Source: an uncultured Spirochaetia bacterium
GTDB lineage: Bacteria > Spirochaetota > Spirochaetia > JABEVK01
Direction: 5' to 3'
Length of the DNA: 64,000 nt
Assembly: GCA_937960645.1 (NCBI GenBank)
Contig: CALGPJ010000009.1
Location: 4,522-68,521 of the forward strand
This document shows, one piece after another, positions 28,701-38,085 of the stretch. Made by a program: the position numbers and the translations under genes. How positions within the stretch are numbered: position 1 is the stretch's first letter; every line of letters begins with the position of its first letter. The notes under the pieces are model-generated. The model saw nothing but the letters and a program-made list of their open reading frames with translations. It ran no database searches and was not told the origin of the DNA.

Positions 28701-30704
28701 ATGGGCGACATCAGCATCCCGGGTGTCTCCAGCCGCTACAACACCCAAAAACTCATCCAGGATTTGCTCGATGTCGAAAAACGCAAACTCACCCGACTCG
28801 AAACCCAAAAAGCCGACCTGGAGGACACCAAACAGATTTGGCAGTCCTACAGCCGCCGCATGTCGGTGCTCCGGGATGCCGCGCGAAATCTTTTTGGATT
28901 TGAATCCCCCTTCGCCAACCGAATCGGCGAGTCCAGCCAGGCCAATGCAGTCAGCCTCAACCCCAACCGTTCAGCTGCCGAGGGCCAGTGGCGGATTAAG
29001 GTCCTCCAAATCGCGACGGCCGACCGGCTTTTGAGCGACGAGCTTCCTCTCGACGCCACAGCCCCGGCGGGCGATTACCGCTTCAAAGTGGGCGATCAGG
29101 AGGTAACGGTCAACTTTCGAGGCGGACGGTTATCGAACCTGGTGGAAGCCATCAACCAGCGCGGCCGGGACCTGATCCGGGCCAGCCTGATCCGCACCAC
29201 AGCCGACCGTCAAGTTTTAAGTATCGAGGCACAAAAGACCGGATCCCAAAACCGGCTGGAATTTTTTGGCGCGGCCCGGGACTTCGTTACCCAGGCAGGA
29301 TTAATGCGCCCCTCTCGGACCACCGATCAAACCATCCCCCTCACCGCTGAAACGACACGGACCCGCACGGCCCCGGAGTCGGTTACCCTTTCCGAAAATC
29401 AGCTCACGCTCCAGCCCCGTGCGCGTGCCGAGGTGCTCCTCAACCGGGATGTTAGCCGCGGCCTGGTGCTGGAGGTGGACATTCAGGCCGAGCGGCTGAG
29501 CCAGGAAGAAGTTCCCGCCCCCCCGCCGGGCCTGAACCTGGAGCCGCCGGGCGTGGCAGAATTCCAGGACATTCGCATTCGTAGCAACCCCCTGCGGACG
29601 GGTCTGCCGCGGTTCGAACCGCCGACCCCCCAACAGCCAACCAATGACCCGCGCGTGGGTCAGCTGCGCACCGCCGAACGGCAGATCGATCTGCCCAATT
29701 TTCCCCTGGAGGGCGGCTCGACGACGCTCAAGGTCCCTCTGGAGGGCATCGCCCGCCTGGACCAGCTGATCCTCGACAACCGTAACACCCACATGCGCTA
29801 CACCCTCACGCAGATCCGTCTGGTCGATCCGAACGCCCGCGGCGATCTCGAGCCAAAAAATGCGCAGACCACCGCCCAGGACGCGGTGTTCGAGATCGAC
29901 GGCGTGCGGGTAACCCGCCCCACCAATTCGATCAACGACGTGATTCCCAACGTCACCATCAACCTCTCCGATACGACACCGGCCCCGGCCACGGTCAAGG
30001 TCACCCCCGACTACGAATCCATCAAAAACGGCATCATCAACTTCGTGGGAAATTACAACCGTTTCATGCTGGAAACCCTGGTGCTGACCAGTCGCAACGA
30101 AGCCATCCTGAACGAGGCAAACTACCTCAGCGATGCCGAGCGGGAAGCCCTGAGAAAAAACATGGGGAAGTTCCAGGGGGATACCTCCCTGAACCAGCTG
30201 CGATCCAGTCTTCAGCGTTTCATGATGGAGCCCTACCCCTCGGGAGTTCCCAACATCAGCCTCCTGCAACAGGTGGGCATCAGTACCAACACCTCGGGGC
30301 GAACGAGCGGCTCCACCCCCGAGGCAGCCCGGTTACGGGGCTACCTGGAAATCAACGAGGGCCAGCTGGACCAGGCGATCCGGGAAAACCTTGTGGCCGT
30401 GAAAAATCTGTTCGGCATGGATACCAACGGGGATCTGGTCATCGATAGCGGGGCAGCCTTCCGGGTGGATGAATACATTCGCCCCTACGTCCAGACCGGC
30501 GGTTTCATCGCCAACCGCGTCAACACCCTGAACTCCCAGATCGATCGTCAAAACAGGGAAATCCGCAACTTCAACGATTATCTGGTTCGATACGAGCAGG
30601 ACCTCAAACGGCGATACGGGCAGATGGAAGGGGCCCTCAATCGTATGCAGGAAACCGGCCGAGCGATCGATAATTTTAGTAGACAAAACTCAGGCGGTAA
30701 TTGA
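28701..30704 (+). CDS. fliD: Flagellar filament cap protein FliD
   Basis: MGDISIPGV..YNTQKLI, AQDAVFEIDGVRVTRPTNSINDVIPNVT, C-terminal YGQMEGAL. Confidence 0.92.
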   Translation: MGDISIPGVSSRYNTQKLIQDLLDVEKRKLTRLETQKADLEDTKQIWQSYSRRMSVLRDAARNLFGFESPFANRIGESSQANAVSLNPNRSAAEGQWRIKVLQIATADRLLSDELPLDATAPAGDYRFKVGDQEVTVNFRGGRLSNLVEAINQRGRDLIRASLIRTTADRQVLSIEAQKTGSQNRLEFFGAARDFVTQAGLMRPSRTTDQTIPLTAETTRTRTAPESVTLSENQLTLQPRARAEVLLNRDVSRGLVLEVDIQAERLSQEEVPAPPPGLNLEPPGVAEFQDIRIRSNPLRTGLPRFEPPTPQQPTNDPRVGQLRTAERQIDLPNFPLEGGSTTLKVPLEGIARLDQLILDNRNTHMRYTLTQIRLVDPNARGDLEPKNAQTTAQDAVFEIDGVRVTRPTNSINDVIPNVTINLSDTTPAPATVKVTPDYESIKNGIINFVGNYNRFMLETLVLTSRNEAILNEANYLSDAEREALRKNMGKFQGDTSLNQLRSSLQRFMMEPYPSGVPNISLLQQVGISTNTSGRTSGSTPEAARLRGYLEINEGQLDQAIRENLVAVKNLFGMDTNGDLVIDSGAAFRVDEYIRPYVQTGGFIANRVNTLNSQIDRQNREIRNFNDYLVRYEQDLKRRYGQMEGALNRMQETGRAIDNFSRQNSGGN

Positions 30705-30707
30705 ACC

Positions 30708-31562
30708 ATGATCTTGAAAATCAACGGGGAGGAAGTCTCCTGGTCCGATATGGAGGCTTCGAGCTTCGACGAGGCCCTGAAGGAGATCCAAAACTGGCTG
30801 CTAGCTCAGGGATGGAGACTGGTTTCCTACAGGATTCACCCGGAATCGGCCTCCCGCGGAGCGCCGGCCCTGTCCGAAATCGACGTGTTGGATATCGAGG
30901 CCGAGGTTTTGAATCAGACAACTCTCACCCACCTCGATATTTTAATCCTTTGGTTGGACAGCCTCGGTCACGGCCTTATATCCCGTAACGAGACTGTCCG
31001 GCAAAATTGCCGGGAAGCGGCGGATCAGATCATCAAAAGTGCGGACCTGCTTTTTCATAACGGCATCAACATCCCCGTGAACCTGATCCGAAACCTGGTT
31101 CACGAAGTCGATTCCGGCTGGACCGAACTCCAGAAAAATCGGCTGGAGATCGACCAGCTTCAATCCCAGCTGGAACGCCTGAAAACCATGCTCCTGTACC
31201 CCCGCGAATCCATTCAAAAACTAGTGGATTTGATCAGCTACAGCTTATTTCAGACGGATGGACTTCCCCAACTCGTCTACGCGCAGCGTTACTCCGAAGC
31301 CATGGGTCTGATCGTCTCCATCCTGGACCACTACTCCCTTCTTGTGTTCGGTCTTGCCCAAATCACGACTCCTGACGAGATGAAACAACTGCAAACCGAG
31401 TGCCTCCCCTTTTTCAACGAACTCAGCGAGGCCATGGAGCGGATGGACTGGACCTATATCAGCGACCTCTGGGAATACGAAATTCATCCCAGGCTGACAA
31501 GGCTGGTAGAATTGATTAAATTACAGGCGGGGATAGAACAAAATGCGTCTCAAGGGTCTTGA
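30708..31562 (+). CDS. Hypothetical protein downstream of fliD
   Basis: MILKINGE start; C-terminal D...ISDLWEYEIHP; operon-like spacing. Confidence 0.7.
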   Translation: MILKINGEEVSWSDMEASSFDEALKEIQNWLLAQGWRLVSYRIHPESASRGAPALSEIDVLDIEAEVLNQTTLTHLDILILWLDSLGHGLISRNETVRQNCREAADQIIKSADLLFHNGINIPVNLIRNLVHEVDSGWTELQKNRLEIDQLQSQLERLKTMLLYPRESIQKLVDLISYSLFQTDGLPQLVYAQRYSEAMGLIVSILDHYSLLVFGLAQITTPDEMKQLQTECLPFFNELSEAMERMDWTYISDLWEYEIHPRLTRLVELIKLQAGIEQNASQGS

Positions 31563-31809
31563 TCAGGTCAACAAAAACATCGACGGTCATATCTTTTACC
31601 GCAACGATTACACCGCCATCGCGCGCTTGATCGGGTTGGACGGCCGGGAATCTGCCAAAAAGATCAAGTTCAGCATCGAGATGGCCCCCACCGGAAAGAA
31701 AGACATCAAGGTCGAATTCCTCGAAAAGCCTGACTTTCCCGTTCTCCATCTCCTCAAAAGCATCCGGGAGGAGATCCAGGAACTCGACCGCCGGGGTGCC
31801 TTGCTCTGA
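31543..31809 (+). CDS. Small hypothetical protein (spirochaete fliD-tsaE cluster)
   Basis: 88 aa, IFYRNDY..FSIEMAPTG..DFPVL; overlaps both neighbours. Confidence 0.7.
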   Translation: MRLKGLDQVNKNIDGHIFYRNDYTAIARLIGLDGRESAKKIKFSIEMAPTGKKDIKVEFLEKPDFPVLHLLKSIREEIQELDRRGALL

Positions 31810-31835
31810 ACGTCGAATTTCGCTCGCTCGAGGAT

Positions 31836-32210
31836 ATGCAAAATTGGGCCGATTCCTGGTCCTGGAGGCTCCTGGGCGGTGGGGTGGTCGGACTGTCCGG
31901 CCCGCTGGGAGCCGGAAAAACCACCCTTGTCGGGTATCTGGCCCGGGCGCTTGGGTCGCAGGACCTGGTGAGCAGCCCCACCTTCGCCCTGGTTCACGAA
32001 TACGAGGGCAAACTCCCCATCGTGCACATGGACCTCTATAGGCTGGGAAGCCCCGAAGAGTTTTTGGAACTCGAGGAGACCTACATCCGACCGAAAGCCC
32101 TGGTTCTCATCGAGTGGCCGCAGCGGGCCGGTCCCTACCTGCCCCCCCTCCTCTACCGCTTGGAGCTTTCGTTTCACCATCAGGGAAGGCGGCTGGAGAT
32201 CCTGCCGTGA
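31836..32210 (+). CDS. tsaE: tRNA t6A biosynthesis ATPase
   Basis: LSGPLGAGKTT, VSSPTFALVHEY, HMDLYRL, LIEW; true start may be the in-frame CTG at 31806. Confidence 0.9.
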   Translation: MQNWADSWSWRLLGGGVVGLSGPLGAGKTTLVGYLARALGSQDLVSSPTFALVHEYEGKLPIVHMDLYRLGSPEEFLELEETYIRPKALVLIEWPQRAGPYLPPLLYRLELSFHHQGRRLEILP

Positions 32211-32821
32211 CGCTTCTGGCCATCGACACCGCCACGCCGCGATTGATTCTCGGTTTGTCCCACCGCGGAGCAACGCACTCCCGACTTGTCACCCCTGCCA
32301 TGACACACGGAGAGGTGGCCCTTCAGGAGGTTGCGATTCTTTTTGAAGCCGCGGGTTTGGATTTGCGCTGTCTCGAGGGGGTGGTGATCGGCAGCGGACC
32401 GGGTTCCTTCACCGGCACGCGGGTCGGGTGGGCCAGCGCCCTGGGCCTGGCCGAGGGTCTGGGGATACCGGCCGTGGCAGTCAGCAGCCTGGACGCCCTG
32501 GGATGGTGCGACCGGTCCAGCGGCCAGCGCGGTTGGGCCATCATCGATGCTCGTCGCGGGCGCTACTACGCGGCCTTGTATCAGAACTCCCGACGCCTGG
32601 GAAACTACCGGGATAGCCATCTCGGCGGGCTCTTCGCCGAATGCCCCCGATTTTTCGGCCCCGAATTGCCGAGCGCCCTTCCCCCTGGCGCTATATTTGA
32701 CCGTTGGGAGAACTGGGCCGAGGGACTATTGGCCCTCGGCCGGGAAAAGTTCCAACACGGAGAGGTCATTCAACCCGGCCAGGGGCCACTCTACCTCCGG
32801 CCCGGGGTCGACTCACCTTAG
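32207..32821 (+). CDS. tsaB: tRNA t6A biosynthesis protein
   Basis: LLAIDTAT, GPGSFTGTRVG, VSSLDAL, IDARRG, PLYLR; GTG overlaps the tsaE stop. Confidence 0.9.
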   Translation: MTLLAIDTATPRLILGLSHRGATHSRLVTPAMTHGEVALQEVAILFEAAGLDLRCLEGVVIGSGPGSFTGTRVGWASALGLAEGLGIPAVAVSSLDALGWCDRSSGQRGWAIIDARRGRYYAALYQNSRRLGNYRDSHLGGLFAECPRFFGPELPSALPPGAIFDRWENWAEGLLALGREKFQHGEVIQPGQGPLYLRPGVDSP

Positions 32822-33802
32822 GTTGAATTGCCCCTCCTCGTTGAATTGTAAGGGGAGGGGCTTGTCCAGCACATCGCGTGGCAGCTGGAGCGAGGAAGAA
32901 CCCGTGATCCGGAAGGTCCCCGTGCCCCGCTGGAAGGCGTTTCGGATCGATTCATTCAAACTCTTGGAGGAAAAGGTGTTGGTGACCCGCGTGACAGTCT
33001 TGGTACCCGAGGTGTTGACCTGGCTCGAGCGGCCGCTCACGAGGGCGGTTCCATCCACGATCAGCGTAAACTCGAGGGAGGGGAAGCTGATCGCCGCCCT
33101 GGACTGGTTCTCTAGCTCGATATCGAAACTCACCCGGAAGGGCAGGTCGAGGTCTTCGGGACGGATGACCGGTTCCGCAGGTCGGCCAGTCAAGATGTTG
33201 TTGAGCATGTTGACCACGCGCTGGGGGGCCGCCGAGATGCTGGCCCGCTGGAGCGCCTGGGTCACCTCCTGCTGGCTGGGGGGCTCCACCTTGAAGCCCA
33301 CAATGGCGACCCGCGGCTTGATGGCGGGGATGCGTACGTCGAACCTGGCGTCAAAGTCGAAGGTGGCGGGCACCCCGGGGAGCCTCGGGAGGGGGATGGA
33401 AGCCCGGATATCCGCTTTGGTGTTAAGGTAGTCCTTTTCGACGTAATTGCGTACCGTGTTGATCAGGGCCTCGTAGGGCAGCACCACCTTGAAGGTGTTG
33501 GTGGATTGACCGTTGGCAGGCACCTCGAAGCGTTCCGTTGTCCGGGCCTCGAACACCTGGGTCCCCTCCACGCTGTAATTGACCCGGATCGACTCTAGGG
33601 GAAGCTTGGCGGGATAGGGGTTGCGGATGGCGACATCCATGTCGAAGGTGATGTCCCGCAGGCTGATACTGACCGGCACGAAGCGGGTCACGCTGGCCGT
33701 CGGCAAGGGGGGAGCACCGAGATTGAGCTGACCGTGGACGGAAGTGACCGCCACGAAAAGCAACATCAAAAAGGTCCAAAACCTGATTTTTCGCGAATTC
33801 AT
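32813..33802 (-). CDS. Exported LEA type 2 (WHy) domain protein, two domains
   Basis: Signal peptide; VAIRNPYPAKLPL..YSVEG..VPANG, and a second LENQS..ISFPSLEF..VDG repeat. Confidence 0.7.
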   Translation of the reverse strand: MNSRKIRFWTFLMLLFVAVTSVHGQLNLGAPPLPTASVTRFVPVSISLRDITFDMDVAIRNPYPAKLPLESIRVNYSVEGTQVFEARTTERFEVPANGQSTNTFKVVLPYEALINTVRNYVEKDYLNTKADIRASIPLPRLPGVPATFDFDARFDVRIPAIKPRVAIVGFKVEPPSQQEVTQALQRASISAAPQRVVNMLNNILTGRPAEPVIRPEDLDLPFRVSFDIELENQSRAAISFPSLEFTLIVDGTALVSGRSSQVNTSGTKTVTRVTNTFSSKSLNESIRNAFQRGTGTFRITGSSSLQLPRDVLDKPLPLQFNEEGQFNLR

Positions 33803-33846
33803 AAAACCTCCACTGGTGGGAATATACCACGATTTTACGGGATATT

Positions 33847-35307
33847 CTACTTTTGAACCAATGGGGAAATGAAAAGATCGGCCGGTTCTGCCGACCATGT
33901 CGTGGATTCCTGATTTGACCGGAACAGGGCCCAGTTGTGATGTTCGGTGTACCCCTCGAGTTCTTGACTGTCCAGGGGGTCGTAGGAGCCCTCAGGATTG
34001 ATCCAAATTGCGCCGCCCTGTTTGCGGATGGGCAGAAAATGGGGGCGGTGGCTTTGGCCCTGGTAAAAACGGAACCCCACACCGGATCCTTGCTGAGACA
34101 AACGCAGGGCCAGACACCGGGCGACTGCGGGCATTTCGGTGATGTTTTGCCAGCCATCCTCGTTCAGGGCTCGGATCTCATATTTTTCGAATAGACCGAA
34201 TCTTCCCAGGGGCAGTTCCCAGGGCGCCCAGCCGGTGATTCTTACCGCGCGACGAAACACGGGCCAGCGAATGCTGAGACTGACGCTGAGCTCATCCGTA
34301 CGGTCCGTCAGAAGATAATCGACCACCAACCTTCCGGGCTGCAAAAAGAGGGGGGATTCCGCCACCAGCGATTCACGCAACCCCCACTCGTGGTCGCCCT
34401 CGATGGCCACACTGCTCACACCCACGAAAAAGATCTTCCGCCCCTCGATTTCGATCCAACTCTGGACCCTGCCCGTTTTTTGATTTTTTGCCGGTCCCCA
34501 GGAAAATTCGGCAAGCCGGCCCTGTTGAAAGCGATACACCAGGTCTTTCACGGCCAATTGTGCCTCGCCCTGCATGCTTGCAGCCAGGTTTCTCTTCGCC
34601 ACCCCCTTGATCGAGGAGATGTAGGCATCCTCGAAGCAGTGGGAATGGGATGTCGTGACCGGCGGGGACTTCAACAAGTCCTGGGCGGCCTGGGGCTGGC
34701 AGCGTCGATAACCGAGTTCAACGGACTCTTTTTTTTGACTGAGTTGTAAGGTAGGCAGAACCTCCTCGAGAATATCGGCGGACTGTCTGTTGGCCTTCAG
34801 CTCCTCCCAACCGATCCACTCGATGCCGGAAAAAGTTTTCTCGTCCCAATAACCACCCTGCCAGTGGCAGAAGAAGACAGCTACTCCCCGGTTTCCCGGC
34901 AGCGGGGGTGGCGTGCTGATGTGACGTTGAAGGGAGTTTTGCCGAAACGGGTTCAGGTCGCGAGCCTCGAGTTTGAAATAAAGCCCGCTCTTCCTCCCTA
35001 CGAGAAAGTGTCGATCGCCCCGAGAAACGAGGGTGATAAAATCGGCCTGGACCAGTGCTGGGGAAATACCACTCAAGGGCGGCGGCAGGTAGATCACGCC
35101 GCCAGGGACCGCACAATCGCGCTCGATTTCTTCCTGAAACAGATAACCATGGGCGAGTCCCAACCTTCCGGGTGGGACCTGGAGCCATCCCTGGGGAATT
35201 CCGTCCCCATTCCCCACCATGATCCCCCGGGGGATGAACCGCAAAGATTCGGGAAAGGTTGGAGAATCCTGAGCAAAAACCACGCACAGAGCCTGTTGCC
35301 GAAGCAT
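33847..35307 (-). CDS. Hypothetical protein
   Basis: 486-aa ORF filling the gap, co-oriented with neighbours; no motif recognised. Confidence 0.6.
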   Translation of the reverse strand: MLRQQALCVVFAQDSPTFPESLRFIPRGIMVGNGDGIPQGWLQVPPGRLGLAHGYLFQEEIERDCAVPGGVIYLPPPLSGISPALVQADFITLVSRGDRHFLVGRKSGLYFKLEARDLNPFRQNSLQRHISTPPPLPGNRGVAVFFCHWQGGYWDEKTFSGIEWIGWEELKANRQSADILEEVLPTLQLSQKKESVELGYRRCQPQAAQDLLKSPPVTTSHSHCFEDAYISSIKGVAKRNLAASMQGEAQLAVKDLVYRFQQGRLAEFSWGPAKNQKTGRVQSWIEIEGRKIFFVGVSSVAIEGDHEWGLRESLVAESPLFLQPGRLVVDYLLTDRTDELSVSLSIRWPVFRRAVRITGWAPWELPLGRFGLFEKYEIRALNEDGWQNITEMPAVARCLALRLSQQGSGVGFRFYQGQSHRPHFLPIRKQGGAIWINPEGSYDPLDSQELEGYTEHHNWALFRSNQESTTWSAEPADLFISPLVQK

Positions 35308-35357
35308 GCCTTATTTTTTCTCTAATTTCTCTGAGTGTCAAGCAAAAAATCCGGCCT

Positions 35358-36446
35358 TTACCGGGGATGGATCGTCACTCTGGGGCAGTGCGTTTTAGGA
35401 TCGACTTTCTGATCTTTCCGGTAGACGACCAGGTCCCCCCAGGCCGCCTGCCCTGCGCCGCCCACCAATAGCCCCTCGCGGGAGCAAAGGTAGCAGCCGA
35501 CTCCATCATTCAATGGGATCTCGCCGCTGATGATGCGGGCCAGTGAGGGAGGATGGGGTCGAGGGAGGCCGCGCTGAACATAGAGGTAGCTCAACGTGTT
35601 GGATTGTTTTTCCGTTCCAAGCTCACGGGCCAGGTCGCGCATCCAGGCCGGGAGGTCCGCGGGGGCGGGGAAATGGCAGAATCGATCGGAAGACGTGCGG
35701 CCTGGGGCCGGGCAGTTTCCCGAGTGCGGGCAGGGAGCCAGGGGCCAGGCCTCGGAAGCGATCAGGTGGGCACGCAGCTGGACCAGGCGCCGGACAGCCA
35801 GACGGGTCCCGGGTTCCACGACCAGAATCCGGGCCTGGGGTTGGGCATCCCGAAGCAAAAACCTGGCCACGGCCTCCTCGGATTCGGACCATTCGTTCAG
35901 AGCGTGCGAGCTCACCACCAGATCGGCCTTGCGGCGGATGGCCGTACCCAACCGTTCCGGGATTTGGGTAAACTTCCACTCGGTGTGCGGGTCGGCGGCG
36001 GCGATGACTTCAAAGATTTTTCGGCCGGCCCTCAGGGCCGCGGCTTGGGGTTCCACCAGGGTCCATCCCAGGGGCGCTCGGCGCCAATCCGGATAGAGGA
36101 GCCATGCCGCCAGCGGAAGGGTCCAGGGACCGCAACCGTAGTCGGTTATTTGGGCGGGGATGGGGCCAGGTAAGCCCGGCAGGAGACCGGAGAGCTTCAG
36201 AAGGTTGAGCGGCAGGTACCACCAGAGGTAGCCCTCCAGCATCTCGGGGTGGCCCAGGTATCCTCGAAGACGCTGAGATTTTTCTACGGTAAATCCCTCC
36301 ATCAATCGAGCCAGGTTGGCCAGAAGCCGCCCCCGGTCCGAATGGCTCAAACCCGATCGTTTCAATAGCTCGGGCCATCGATCCAAAACCTGAGTCAACG
36401 TCGGGGGCTGGTCAAACAGGGGACTTGAGGCTATTGTAGAAGGCAA
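35358..36446 (-). CDS. Rsm22/METTL17-family SAM-dependent methyltransferase-like protein (start uncertain)
   Basis: DYGCGP, HALNE, VVEPGT, APCPHSGNCP, RFCHF, LSYL. Confidence 0.8.
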   Translation of the reverse strand: MPSTIASSPLFDQPPTLTQVLDRWPELLKRSGLSHSDRGRLLANLARLMEGFTVEKSQRLRGYLGHPEMLEGYLWWYLPLNLLKLSGLLPGLPGPIPAQITDYGCGPWTLPLAAWLLYPDWRRAPLGWTLVEPQAAALRAGRKIFEVIAAADPHTEWKFTQIPERLGTAIRRKADLVVSSHALNEWSESEEAVARFLLRDAQPQARILVVEPGTRLAVRRLVQLRAHLIASEAWPLAPCPHSGNCPAPGRTSSDRFCHFPAPADLPAWMRDLARELGTEKQSNTLSYLYVQRGLPRPHPPSLARIISGEIPLNDGVGCYLCSREGLLVGGAGQAAWGDLVVYRKDQKVDPKTHCPRVTIHPR

Positions 36447-36733
36447 TGTTCTACCACCTCGTATTTTGGAAATTTCGCGACGAGTACCGGGAAGACCTCC
36501 CCGAAGCCGTTCGAATCCTCAAAGAGATGCGCCAGAGCATCGATGTGATTCGGGACCTGCGAACGGGAATCGACGTCCTTCACAGCTCGCGAAGTTGGGA
36601 CCTGGGTTTGATGGTCACCCTCGATTCCCCCAGGGACCTGGACACCTACGACCAACACCCGGCCCATCTGCCCGTGAAGGAATGGATGCGGCAGCGAGCC
36701 GAAGCCGGCGCCTCGGTGGACTTCGAAGACTGA
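36446..36733 (+). CDS. Dabb-family stress-responsive A/B barrel protein
   Basis: MFYHLVFWKF, SWDLGL, YDQHPAH, SVDFE. Confidence 0.85.
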   Translation: MFYHLVFWKFRDEYREDLPEAVRILKEMRQSIDVIRDLRTGIDVLHSSRSWDLGLMVTLDSPRDLDTYDQHPAHLPVKEWMRQRAEAGASVDFED

Positions 36734-36737
36734 GCGG

Positions 36738-37415
36738 TCACACCGCACCCTGCTTTTTCAAGGTGTTCTGGTTCCAGAGCTTCGTGACCAGGTCACGCCC
36801 GAGCCTGCCCTGGATCTTGATCCAGAGGAGGGGGCGCGTGGCCTGAAACTTCAGCAAGGTTTCCCGGGACCACTCCCTGACCACGACGGCGTCGGTCACT
36901 CGGACATCGGCCGATGCCGGCTGCCCCGTGAGGAGGCTCATCTCCCCGACGAAATGCCCTGACTCCATCCGGGCAATTTTTTGGCCATCACGAAAAACCT
37001 CGGCCCCGCCGCTATAGAGAAACCAAAGGCACTCGGGAACCTTCCCCTGGGTGATGATGGACTCTCCCGGACTGAATGATTTTTCTCGTCCAGAAAACCA
37101 GAGGAGCTGAAACTCGTGCCGGCTGAAGGTCGGAAAGTGGGTTTGAAAAATCGCTTCGACTTCGGGGGAAAACCGGATCTCGCGCCGTTCCCAGAGGACC
37201 ATGATGGTCCTGACCAGGTTGATGGCGATGAAAAGGGTTTGCCAGAGCACGATGGTCATGTTGGCGCGACTGATCCCTACCAACAAAAAAGTGGTTTGAG
37301 AACCCAGGGCAAGAAACCGGAGCTGCAGGATGTCCTTCATGAACAAGGATAAAAAGTTGAGTCCGAAAGCCAGATGGAGAAAGTCGAAGCCCCTGGTAAG
37401 CTCAAAGAAGTCCAT
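36738..37415 (-). CDS. Popeye-like membrane protein with cNMP-binding domain
   Basis: HLAF..SLFMKDILQLRFL, WQTLFIAINL, GHFVGEMSLLTGQPASADV; start set from TGGACA-17-TATGAT. Confidence 0.8.
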   Translation of the reverse strand: MDFFELTRGFDFLHLAFGLNFLSLFMKDILQLRFLALGSQTTFLLVGISRANMTIVLWQTLFIAINLVRTIMVLWERREIRFSPEVEAIFQTHFPTFSRHEFQLLWFSGREKSFSPGESIITQGKVPECLWFLYSGGAEVFRDGQKIARMESGHFVGEMSLLTGQPASADVRVTDAVVVREWSRETLLKFQATRPLLWIKIQGRLGRDLVTKLWNQNTLKKQGAV

Positions 37416-37491
37416 GACCTCATCATACTGACCGAGGCCGGCTTTGTCCAAATCACTTGACGGTATTACCAGTACATATGATTTTTGATAT

Positions 37492-38070
37492 ATGGACATC
37501 CTTTCGAATATTCGAAAACGCCGATCCCGAAGAGCCTACGACGCCGTGCAAGGTGTGGAACGATCCACGTTGAGCCGCCTTGCCGAGGCCGCACACCTGG
37601 CCCCATCCTGGTCCAACTCCCAATCCTGGCGCTGGATCATGGTGGACGAGTCTCCGGTCCTGGATGAGGTTCGCGGGGCCCTGGCCGAGGGAAACTACTG
37701 GGCCCACAAGGCTCCGGCCCTGGCCGTTCTGGTGAGTGCCGAAAAGCTCAGCCCCACCCAATCGCACAACCGGCCGTACTGGGCCTTCAACGCGGGACTC
37801 TCCGCGATGAACCTCATGCTCCAGGCCGTGGAGGAAGGGTTGATCGCTCATCCCATGGCAGGATTTGACCCCCCGTCGGTGCGGCGGGCCCTGGGAATTC
37901 CCGAGGACTACACCGTTTTGGTGGTGATCAGCCTGGGGTACCCGGGGGATCCTGCCCAGCTGCGGCCCCACCACCAAGAATTGGAAGGCCAGGACCGCGT
38001 CCGGCTCCCCCTGGAGAGGGTGCTGGCGTTCAACGGGTTCGCCCCTTCCCTCAATCCTGACGATCAATAG
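37492..38070 (+). CDS. Nitroreductase family protein
   Basis: RRSRRAY, LAPSWSNSQSW, AHPMAGFD, ISLGYPG, R.PL. Confidence 0.9.
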   Translation: MDILSNIRKRRSRRAYDAVQGVERSTLSRLAEAAHLAPSWSNSQSWRWIMVDESPVLDEVRGALAEGNYWAHKAPALAVLVSAEKLSPTQSHNRPYWAFNAGLSAMNLMLQAVEEGLIAHPMAGFDPPSVRRALGIPEDYTVLVVISLGYPGDPAQLRPHHQELEGQDRVRLPLERVLAFNGFAPSLNPDDQ

Positions 38071-38085
38071 GTACCCCTCAGGGAT

